This document shows, one piece after another, positions 36,196 through 46,080 of a stretch of 64,000 nt of DNA. Source of the DNA: Rubricoccaceae bacterium (GTDB taxonomy: Bacteria; Bacteroidota; Rhodothermia; Rhodothermales; Rubricoccaceae); NCBI GenBank assembly GCA_041748175.1, contig JBGTDU010000152.1:1465-65464 (forward strand), read 5' to 3'. Position 1 is the first letter of the stretch; the number at the start of each line of letters is the position of its first letter. The translations under genes were made by a program, and so were the position numbers. The notes under the pieces are model-generated. The model did no database searches, had not been told where the DNA came from, and saw nothing but the letters and a program-made list of their open reading frames with translations.

Positions 36196-38100
36196 ATGAG
36201 CAGCCCATCCATTCCCGATCGCCTTGCAACCCTTCTCGAACGGACGCCGCCGTTCGAGCTGTTGGAGGACAAGGAACGCCGCGCCCTGGTTGGTTCGATG
36301 ACTGTTGAGTTCTTCGAGCCTGGCGCCGTGATTCTCGAACAGGGGGTGGACGTCCATCGCTCGCTGTATTTGGTGGAGGAAGGCCTTGTTCGGCTGATGA
36401 ACATTGAGGAGAAGCGGCTGATAGACATGTGCGGGGCACCTTCCCAGTTTGGGTCGTACGGGATCCTCCAGGGTGGCATCTTGCCTTATGAAGCGCGGGC
36501 AGTGGAGCAAAGCTCATGCGCCCTGATCCCCGCGGAGATCTTCCGTACGCTGCTCAAATCGAACGACGCATTCGCGGCGTACTTCGATGAAGACATCAAG
36601 CGCTATGTCCGAACCATCGACACCGCTCTCGATGCCTCCGGTGCCTTTCTGCTATTCGATACGGAGCTTTCGCGCCTGAGCCGGGCGGCCGTCCTCGTGG
36701 CTCCGGCCACTCCGATTCGCGACGTGGCGCAGGCCATGAAGGATGCCGACGCCGACACCGTGGTCGTCGTTGAAAACGGCGCGCCATTGGGCGTCATCAC
36801 CGAAGGCGACATTGTCGAGAAGGTGGTAGCTGTCGGCCAATCCAGCGAGATGGTTGCTATGCAACTGGTGGACCGGCCAGCCATTGCACTTGATGGCTCG
36901 GAGCGTCTTTTCGACGCCGTTCAAACCATGATGCGAAATCGTATCCGGCGGATTGTGGTGATTAACAAATCCCCCGAGGCCGACGAATCACCCTTGGGAA
37001 TCCTGACCGCTGAGGACGTGAGCCACTACCGTGGGCTCGATCCTGTTGCGACCATCGAGCTCATCGAGCGCGCCCGTTCGGTGAAGGCGCTAGCGGCACT
37101 GCGAGGCGAATCCAACCGTCGGATGCTTCGGCTCTACCAGCAAGGGGTGCAAAGTGAAGACCTCCTCGGCGTCGTTGCAGAACTCGATGACCAGATCAAA
37201 CGACGCCTACTACACATTGTAGAGCAGCAATCACGCGAAGAGAATCCAGGTGCGGTTGTGGATTTGCCGTGGGGGTGGCTGTCGTTTGGGACGGCGGGGC
37301 GCAAGGAGTCGACAATGCGTGCGCATCAGCACAACGGCCTCGTCTACGCGAACCCGACGGACGCACGCGAGGCGGAATTGGCGACGGCGTGGTTTAACCT
37401 GCTTGCTGAGAGATTCTGCGAGGCACACGCGGCGTGCGGTTTCATTCCTTCCGGCACGGGAATTCTTGCCATGAACGAGGCGTTTTGCCAACCGCTCGCG
37501 AAGTGGCAAGAGATGTACGCGCACTGGGCTCAAGGCGTCGACGCGCCGGTGACCGCCAGGGCCGCGACCACGTTCGATGCGCGCCTTCTACATGGCGAAG
37601 AGGCCCTCGGCGAGACCATACAGTCCACGATTGGAGAACATGCGTCCAACCCACGGCTTCTTTCCATTCTCGTCAGCCAAGGCGCCGAGATCAACGTCCC
37701 GCTTTCTGTGTTTGGTCGCTTCCAGCTTGAGCGCAACGAGGACGAGCAGGAAGGCTTTGACGTTCGGATGAGAGGTCTTCGCCCCGTCGTCGATTTTGCC
37801 CGCGCATTGGCGCTGGAGATTGGCTATCTGAAGTCGGCGAATACGTTCGACAGGCTTCGAGCGGTTGAAGCCTCGAAGAGCTTGTCGGTCGCGGAAGCGA
37901 AAGCGTTGCTCCCGGCCTTCCGCACGCTCACCGACCTCCACCTCCGCCTTCAGATGCAGGCCACCGAAGTCGGCGAGGCACCATCCGATTGGATGGACCC
38001 CGGCAAGCTCCACAAGAGCCAGCAAAACCTGTTGAAGGACACGCTGAAGACGATTCAGAAAGTTCAGCAGTCGCTGGCTAGTAGGTATGTGCAGCGGTAG
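36196..38100 (+). CDS. Signal-transduction protein with cNMP-binding, tandem CBS and DUF294 nucleotidyltransferase domains
   Basis: Start at the ATG at 36196; the 109 aa upstream in the tracked ORF overlap the preceding gene. cNMP block FFEPGAVILEQG...RLM. CBS pair (VAPATPIRDVAQAMKDADADTVVVVENGAPLGVITEGDI..., RRIVVIN...PLGILTAEDV). DUF294 block WLSFGTAGRKESTMRAHQHNGLVY, plus a DUF294_C-like tail. Confidence 0.85.
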   Translation: MSSPSIPDRLATLLERTPPFELLEDKERRALVGSMTVEFFEPGAVILEQGVDVHRSLYLVEEGLVRLMNIEEKRLIDMCGAPSQFGSYGILQGGILPYEARAVEQSSCALIPAEIFRTLLKSNDAFAAYFDEDIKRYVRTIDTALDASGAFLLFDTELSRLSRAAVLVAPATPIRDVAQAMKDADADTVVVVENGAPLGVITEGDIVEKVVAVGQSSEMVAMQLVDRPAIALDGSERLFDAVQTMMRNRIRRIVVINKSPEADESPLGILTAEDVSHYRGLDPVATIELIERARSVKALAALRGESNRRMLRLYQQGVQSEDLLGVVAELDDQIKRRLLHIVEQQSREENPGAVVDLPWGWLSFGTAGRKESTMRAHQHNGLVYANPTDAREAELATAWFNLLAERFCEAHAACGFIPSGTGILAMNEAFCQPLAKWQEMYAHWAQGVDAPVTARAATTFDARLLHGEEALGETIQSTIGEHASNPRLLSILVSQGAEINVPLSVFGRFQLERNEDEQEGFDVRMRGLRPVVDFARALALEIGYLKSANTFDRLRAVEASKSLSVAEAKALLPAFRTLTDLHLRLQMQATEVGEAPSDWMDPGKLHKSQQNLLKDTLKTIQKVQQSLASRYVQR

Positions 38101-38196
38101 GGTGGGCCAGATGTCGGGATCGCAACACCAATCTGAGGCAATCTGTTTGCGATCAGTGGCCAGATCGAGAGGACTCTTCTCCGAGGAAGTGCAGTC

Positions 38197-38409
38197 TCAG
38201 GCGCTTGGCCGTATCGGATTGTTCTGCCTCCGTCCCAGGGTCGATGATCCGCGCGACAACTTGCGGCCTCCATTCGGTGCAACAACCGTGAGCCAGCGGT
38301 ACTCGCCCAGCGGGATGTCATGCTTTGTAACGAGGCCGAGCTTCTCGGCATGAAAGGCTAGGGCGTTGTCCTGATCGTCTACGAAGATGCTGGCAACACG
38401 GATTTGCAT
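38197..38409 (-). pseudogene. Truncated VOC/glyoxalase-family gene remnant
   Basis: From the ATG at 38409 the sequence reads MQIRVASIFVDDQDNALAFHAEKLGLVTKHDIPLGEYRWLTVVAP, a typical VOC N-terminal half-domain. After that it degenerates into low-complexity sequence and stops at 71 aa. I could not find the rest of the fold in any of the three minus frames. Confidence 0.55.
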
Positions 38410-38416
38410 GGGTCTG

Positions 38417-38899
38417 CTAGTCCTCTTCAGGCAGCGAGTTCCACATGTCGTGCGCGATGCGCCAGACGCCATCCGGGTCGCGCTGCCAGACGACGAGGTA
38501 CTTTCCTCGAAAAGGCGGGCGCTCCACGCCATCCTGCGTTATCGCGCCCTCGAAATAACCCCAGTCGTAGGCCATATCTCCCTCGACCCTGAGCTCTTCA
38601 GGTATGGCTTGATGATGCGTGACCACGCGGCCTTCCGGCAGTGCCCACAATTCCAAAAGGGCATCATGCCCACGAATGAAATCCCGCCCGCCCGGCGCGG
38701 CTATTCCGTCCTCTGCATACACGGCCACCAGCGCTTCGATGTCTCCGGCCATGTAAGCGTCCGACAAGGCTCGCGACTGAGCGAGGATGGCGGTGATGTC
38801 TTCGGTGGGGCCTTCGTGGATGGGGGTGGGTTGGGCAGATACACTCCCAAATAACAAAAGGAAGCAGATGAAGGCGTAGAGCGTTCGCATGGGCAACAT
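38417..38899 (-). CDS. SnoaL-like/DUF4440 (NTF2-fold) protein with signal peptide
   Basis: Signal peptide MLPMRTLYAFICFLLLFGSVSAQ. The pattern AYMAGDIEALVAVYAEDGI ... GKYLVVWQRDPDGVWRIAHDMWN is typical of the DUF4440/SnoaL family. Confidence 0.75.
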   Translation of the reverse strand: MLPMRTLYAFICFLLLFGSVSAQPTPIHEGPTEDITAILAQSRALSDAYMAGDIEALVAVYAEDGIAAPGGRDFIRGHDALLELWALPEGRVVTHHQAIPEELRVEGDMAYDWGYFEGAITQDGVERPPFRGKYLVVWQRDPDGVWRIAHDMWNSLPEED

Positions 38900-38944
38900 A
38901 GAAGGGATAAAAGCGCGATTTTGAAAAGCGACTACTTAATGCTA

Positions 38945-39853
38945 CTAAGGCATATCAAACGTGATGGAAACAGCGCTTGACATTGGCCGAGTCTTCTGGC
39001 TCATTAGCCGTGTCATGTGGAGGAAGTGTGGCGACTCGTCAATCAAGCCTTCTTTGCAATCCAGCATCAAGTCTCCAGCAAAGTGTTCAAGCCTCCATCC
39101 CGCCGTGTTGGGTTCAGCTAGAAACTCACCGCCAAGTAGGTATTTCAGGTCGGCGTAGGAGGGGATGTAGTTTTTCGCTTTCTCGACAAGGGCGATATTG
39201 AGGGAATCCATAGGCACGACCCTACACCCCACATCATTGTCGCCCAATTCCGGATACCCACCGATCAGCGGCATTCTAATTTTGTGAGGTATGCACAATG
39301 GGTTGTAGAACAAATAATACATCTTCATATCATATCGAGATTGGAAAGAGGTCATCGCCTGCTGTTGGTCACTCTCTTTCTTAAATGCTTGATAGCGCGA
39401 TTCCTCACTGAAGGAAAGGTCTCTTGCCTGAATTAAATCGTTGTGTTCATGCTCAGCAACAATTAAGCGACCAAGCCCCATTCTCCTCCAGTCTGAGTCT
39501 TCTTCCTCGTGCTCGAGTGGCGCGGCGTATAGTCTCTTCGACTGAAGAAACGCCATCTTGCTTCTGATCACTTTTCCGCGGCGGCGAAAAACGATCATCA
39601 GTGCAATATCCGCTACTTCCCAAGTACCGAAATGTCGACCACCTCCAATAAAGTGCGCGTCAACTCGGACCGTCCAATCGGATGGAAAAAATACAGGTCC
39701 CTGAATTCCGGCAAAGTAGGACACGAAGCGCATATCGAGCGGCTCTTCGTGCATGCCAGGCCACGCAGAGAGGTCATAGGCCAGCTTACGGTTGCAACTT
39801 TCGAAATGTGCCTTGATGAACTCTCTTACATCGTCAGGAACTCGAATCTGCAT
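38945..39853 (-). CDS. Orphan hypothetical protein (302 aa) in a visibly AT-richer segment, with a possible PD-(D/E)xK-like nuclease motif
   Basis: Long clean ORF in a segment with AT-rich runs atypical of the window. The segment HEEPLD ... RVDAHFIGGG ... WEVADIALMIVFRRRGKVIRSKMAFLQSKRL has the E / D / (Q)xK spacing of restriction-endonuclease-like folds. No family recognised. Confidence 0.65.
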   Translation of the reverse strand: MQIRVPDDVREFIKAHFESCNRKLAYDLSAWPGMHEEPLDMRFVSYFAGIQGPVFFPSDWTVRVDAHFIGGGRHFGTWEVADIALMIVFRRRGKVIRSKMAFLQSKRLYAAPLEHEEEDSDWRRMGLGRLIVAEHEHNDLIQARDLSFSEESRYQAFKKESDQQQAMTSFQSRYDMKMYYLFYNPLCIPHKIRMPLIGGYPELGDNDVGCRVVPMDSLNIALVEKAKNYIPSYADLKYLLGGEFLAEPNTAGWRLEHFAGDLMLDCKEGLIDESPHFLHMTRLMSQKTRPMSSAVSITFDMP

Positions 39854-39926
39854 GGCAGCTTATTTCACATCTGAGAGTGGTAACACGTCAAATTACAGAC
39901 AGAAGTCATTCAGGCAGGCAGATTGG

Positions 39927-40070
39927 TCACGCCTCCCCACCCTCCGCCATCACGGCTCCATTCGTCGCCGCGGCCTCTTCCGGTGAGACGTCCGTCGTAA
40001 GACTAACCCCGCCGCCGGGTGCAGTCTCAATCAGCACCGTGTCGCCGTCGCGGACGAAACCGGCGAGGAT
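39927..40070 (-). pseudogene. Detached, diverged copy of the clpB 3' end (last ~47 codons plus stop)
   Basis: Aligns without gaps to 40870-41013, with about 18 mismatches in 144 nt by hand count. Encodes ILAGFVRDGDTVLIETAPGGGVSLTTDVSPEEAAATNGAVMAEGGEA*, compared with the ClpB end ILAGFVRDGDTVLIDAATGGGVTLTTEVSPEEAAEMNGAMMAKGGEA*. The tracked 62-aa ORF 39927-40115 contains it. Confidence 0.85.
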
Positions 40071-40114
40071 TCTATCGTATGCTGGGACCGCGTCTCTGAT
40101 TTGGGGTGGAGCCA

Positions 40115-40501
40115 TTAGCTATTCAAGAGGTTGTTTACAAGTTTGACTAAGGCTACAACTTCGGCAGTAAGCCGAGCCCGGTTTTCTAGCACCGCACCGG
40201 CCCCAAGCGCTTCGTAGCGAAAGTTGACCGCGAAGGCATTGAGCCGGACTAGTGATCGAAACGACTTAGCGTCTGAACCCGCGTCTTCCAGAAGACCGAG
40301 CAAAACATTAAGATCGTGCGTGCGGGGATACGCAATGTGTTGAAACGACAACCATGCTTTGAGCGCTTTCTCAACGGCTTGCTGAGCATGGAACCCCGCG
40401 ATCTCATCCGCGAACGAATCCTCATCGTCCATCGCAATCAGCGCTCGGAGATCCCGATTTGCAGCCTCCAGCAGTGCGATTGCATGGGCGCGGTCGCTCA
40501 T
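40115..40501 (-). CDS. HEPN domain protein (putative toxin of a MNT-HEPN pair)
   Basis: 128 aa and all-helical. Has FHAQQAVEKALKA and YPRTHDL blocks typical of the HEPN (PF05168-like) family. 4-nt overlap with the upstream nucleotidyltransferase gene. Confidence 0.8.
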   Translation of the reverse strand: MSDRAHAIALLEAANRDLRALIAMDDEDSFADEIAGFHAQQAVEKALKAWLSFQHIAYPRTHDLNVLLGLLEDAGSDAKSFRSLVRLNAFAVNFRYEALGAGAVLENRARLTAEVVALVKLVNNLLNS

Positions 40502-40839
40502 GCCAGCGCGCGATCGTACATAACCTTCCCCTCTCTCATGGCCCGCGCGACAACGTGATTTGTGGTTGCAGACCAGCGTTTCACCTCATCGGTTGTGTAG
40601 ACCAACAAGTCTGTCGGCGTCCGGAAAGGGGCCAGCACTTTCCATAGGCGCGTCATTTCTTTCAACCGCGCGCGTTCGTCACGAAAAGGACCATCCTCGA
40701 CAATCAGGAAATCCACGTCTGAGTCGTCTTTAGCACTACCCGTGGCCTGAGAGCCAAATAACACGATGCAACGTGGGCTTGACGCCGCGACGAGCGCGTC
40801 CGTCATCGCCTGGATTTTGTCTGAATGTCCTGGTTCCAT
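40498..40839 (-). CDS. Minimal nucleotidyltransferase (MNT) domain protein (putative antitoxin of a MNT-HEPN pair)
   Basis: IVLFGSQATGSAKDDSDVDFLIV is the pol-beta NTase G-S ... DxD signature. 113 aa. Gene order MNT then HEPN, with an ATGA-type overlap. Confidence 0.82.
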   Translation of the reverse strand: MEPGHSDKIQAMTDALVAASSPRCIVLFGSQATGSAKDDSDVDFLIVEDGPFRDERARLKEMTRLWKVLAPFRTPTDLLVYTTDEVKRWSATTNHVVARAMREGKVMYDRALA

Positions 40840-40869
40840 CGGAATACTCGGAATTACCGAAATATAGAC

Positions 40870-43539
<2,670 letters not shown>

Positions 43540-43908
43540 GCGTTGGTTGGCAGGTGTGTTTTCGCGAAGTGGGAACTCCAAATCCGTTCCACGAAAGCGT
43601 TTCTGACAGGATGGCGGCGGGAGTTGTTTCACGCGCGGCAATGCATCAATCTGTCTTTCCCAAACCTCTGCGCTGCTCCACGCCGCGCTTTCAAATTTTT
43701 AACGGCAACAGGATGCCCGGCGCGGCGGGCAGCGCTGATAGACTGGGAGCGGAAACCGATGACCGAGCGGTTTCAACTTCCAAAAAAGAGCTTGCCGTTT
43801 CCTCGTTGATCTCTACTTTCCGGGCGTTTCGCTTTCGGGGTAGTCAGTGCACGACGAAATTCCAACGGCGGTGTTTCTGAGCCCCTTCCCCAACCCAGCA
43901 TTACTCCA

Positions 43909-44400
43909 ATGGGCTTCCTCTCCGACCTGAAAAATAATCTCACCGGCTCGTGGGCAGATGTCTCCGTGACGGCCACGCCAGCCACGCGCGGCCAATCGAC
44001 CACGATTACCGTGCATGTCAACGTGAAGGACAATGCCATCGAAATTAACAAGGTGACGGCAAAGGTCCAGTGCATCGAGATCGTTGAGGTTCACAACGTC
44101 CGGACGACGAGCGCGGTAGGTTCATCTTCGCAGGCAAAAATTGGGCAACCCAGCCCTCCAGCAACGAGCGGAACCGCGAAGGCGACGGAGAACCTTTTTG
44201 ATCAGGAGGTGCCGGTTGCTCAGGCTCAGCAGCTTGCGGCAAATTCGCAGCAGAGTTTCGAGGCCACGTTTCAGATTCCGGCCCATCTTCCGCCATCGTT
44301 CACGGGCCGCAATGCGCGGATCGAATGGAAGGTGATGGCGGCGGTTGACATGAAGGGCAACGACCCGGATAGCGGCTGGCAGGTATTCGAGGTTTGCTAG
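43909..44400 (+). CDS. Hypothetical protein, possibly an arrestin/Spo0M-like beta-sandwich
   Basis: N-terminus MGFLSDLKNNLTGSWADVSVTATPATRGQSTTITVHVNVK resembles SpoOM-family starts. The assignment is tentative. Confidence 0.5.
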   Translation: MGFLSDLKNNLTGSWADVSVTATPATRGQSTTITVHVNVKDNAIEINKVTAKVQCIEIVEVHNVRTTSAVGSSSQAKIGQPSPPATSGTAKATENLFDQEVPVAQAQQLAANSQQSFEATFQIPAHLPPSFTGRNARIEWKVMAAVDMKGNDPDSGWQVFEVC

Positions 44401-44505
44401 CGTGCAGCAAGCAGGCGTGAGGCTAGCACGGGTCTTGCATGGTGACGCGGACGACACGGCCCACGTCGCTTTGGTGTTCGGATCTCTGTCTTTTCGGATT
44501 CTCAA

Positions 44506-46065
44506 TTGAACCTTTCCACGCAGTCCATTGCGCTCCGCATCGTTGCGGTTTTCTTCGTCGTTGCGCTTGCATCCAATGCAATCACTTCCTTTCGCACGGT
44601 AAAAACTCTTCGCGAAAGCCTGGAGCCTCTCCAGATTTCGTACGACGTGCACCGGACGATCGACGGCGTCCTGTCCACCATGCAGGACGCGGAGACCGGC
44701 CAAAGAGGTTACATCATTACCGGCGAACGTGTGTACCTCGAACCTTACGCCAACGCTGTAAGCCACATTGATTCGTTGGTTGCCCGGATCCATGAATTAA
44801 CGGAGCGGAATCCCAGTCAAGCAGCTCACTTCCCAGCGCTTGACTGGTTGGTTAATGCAAAGCTGGGTGAGTTGCAAGCCACGCTTGAAACACGGACGGA
44901 CTTCGGTTTCGAGGCGGCGCTTGCAGCGCTAGCTAGCGAGCAGGGGAGATTTTTGATGGACTCGTTGCGCACCGAAGTAGCCGAGATGCAAGCGGAGGCC
45001 AATAGAGACCTTCTCGACCGGAAGGCGGTTGCGGCCTCTGCCGGACGACGGGCAACCTGGTCTTTGGTATTCTCCAACGCCGCGTTGCTCAGCTTGCTGG
45101 TGCTCCTTGGCTCCTTTGTTAGCAGAAATCTCGCGTTGCGTCAAAAGGCTCGCGTTGAATTGGAGGAATCGAACGTCGCGCTTTCGGCGGCGTTGTCGGA
45201 ACGACAGGATGCGCTGACGCGAGTACAGGCAATGCAAAGCCAGCTGATCCAACAGGAAAAGCTGGCCGGCCTTGGCAGAGTCATCGCAGGAGTAGCCCAC
45301 GAACTCAAGAACCCCCTCAACTTCGTTAACAATTTCGCCGAGCTGTCTTCTGAACTCGTTGTCGATCTGGAAGAGGCCTTTTCCTCGGGTGATCAGGAAG
45401 AAGTCAACATCCTGATGCCCATACTGAAGCAGAACGTAGATAAGATTCATTTACACGGAGTGCGTGCCGACGAAATCGTCCGCAGTATGCTTACCCACGC
45501 TCGTGGTGTTTCAGGGGATCGAAATGCTGTGAATCTGCATGCACTGATTGACCTCGCCGTGGATCAGGCGCTAGAGGACCCTACAAATAACGTCGACATC
45601 ACGATTGAAAAGGAATACGACGCTTCGCTCGACGGAAAACAGATCAACGCTGTGGAATCGGCGCTCAACCGAGTCTTCCTTAATTTGGTGAAGAATGCCT
45701 ACGACGCTGTGACGGAGCGTGAACTTGGTGATGAAGCAGGTTACGAGCCTAGAATCCGCCTTACCACGAAGCGTGAAACCGATGACCTGGGTGCGTATCA
45801 CGCGGTCGTCGTGGTTGCAGACAATGGTATCGGAATACCAGAGGAGAAGCGAGAACGCGTTTTCGAACCGTTCTATACGACGAAGGCGCCGGGGGACGGA
45901 ACCGGCCTTGGGCTGTCCATGGCTTTCGATATTGCCGAAGGCCACGGAGGTACGATCGTAGCAAGCACGGGGGAGGATGGCCAGGGCACCAGCTTCACCG
46001 TAACGCTTCCCCTCGATCAGAGCGCGCAACCTGTCCCTGAAGAATCAACGGCGGACGCAGAATAG
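44506..46065 (+). CDS. Sensor histidine kinase with CHASE3 domain
   Basis: CHASE3 signature AETGQRGYIITGERVYLEPY, a second TM segment, HisKA block GVAHELKNPLNFV and HATPase_c block GTGLGLSMAF. TTG start as tracked; no nearby ATG. Confidence 0.85.
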   Translation: MNLSTQSIALRIVAVFFVVALASNAITSFRTVKTLRESLEPLQISYDVHRTIDGVLSTMQDAETGQRGYIITGERVYLEPYANAVSHIDSLVARIHELTERNPSQAAHFPALDWLVNAKLGELQATLETRTDFGFEAALAALASEQGRFLMDSLRTEVAEMQAEANRDLLDRKAVAASAGRRATWSLVFSNAALLSLLVLLGSFVSRNLALRQKARVELEESNVALSAALSERQDALTRVQAMQSQLIQQEKLAGLGRVIAGVAHELKNPLNFVNNFAELSSELVVDLEEAFSSGDQEEVNILMPILKQNVDKIHLHGVRADEIVRSMLTHARGVSGDRNAVNLHALIDLAVDQALEDPTNNVDITIEKEYDASLDGKQINAVESALNRVFLNLVKNAYDAVTERELGDEAGYEPRIRLTTKRETDDLGAYHAVVVVADNGIGIPEEKRERVFEPFYTTKAPGDGTGLGLSMAFDIAEGHGGTIVASTGEDGQGTSFTVTLPLDQSAQPVPEESTADAE

Positions 46066-46080
46066 ATGGTCAGCGCTGGC

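Noticed and set aside
38064-38351. 95-aa minus-strand ORF downstream of the VOC remnant, as a possible continuation by frameshift.
   Set aside because: Its translation (…ADHRPWDGGRTIRYGQAPETALPRRR…) bears no resemblance to the C-terminal half of VOC proteins. It also runs into the 3' end of the converging DUF294 gene.
39927-40115. Annotating the 62-aa ORF as an independent bona fide gene.
   Set aside because: Three quarters of it is a displaced copy of the clpB terminus, so the parsimonious reading is an insertion scar. The possible expression, suggested by the TAATG coupling, is reported as a finding instead.
43540-43908. Looked for a heat-shock operator (CIRCE-type TTAGCACTC-N9-GAGTGCTAA) or another obvious control element upstream of clpB.
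   Set aside because: No CIRCE-like inverted repeat is present. Only a weak 7-bp hairpin (gaaaccg-N9-cggtttc) was seen, which is not enough to call a regulatory site.
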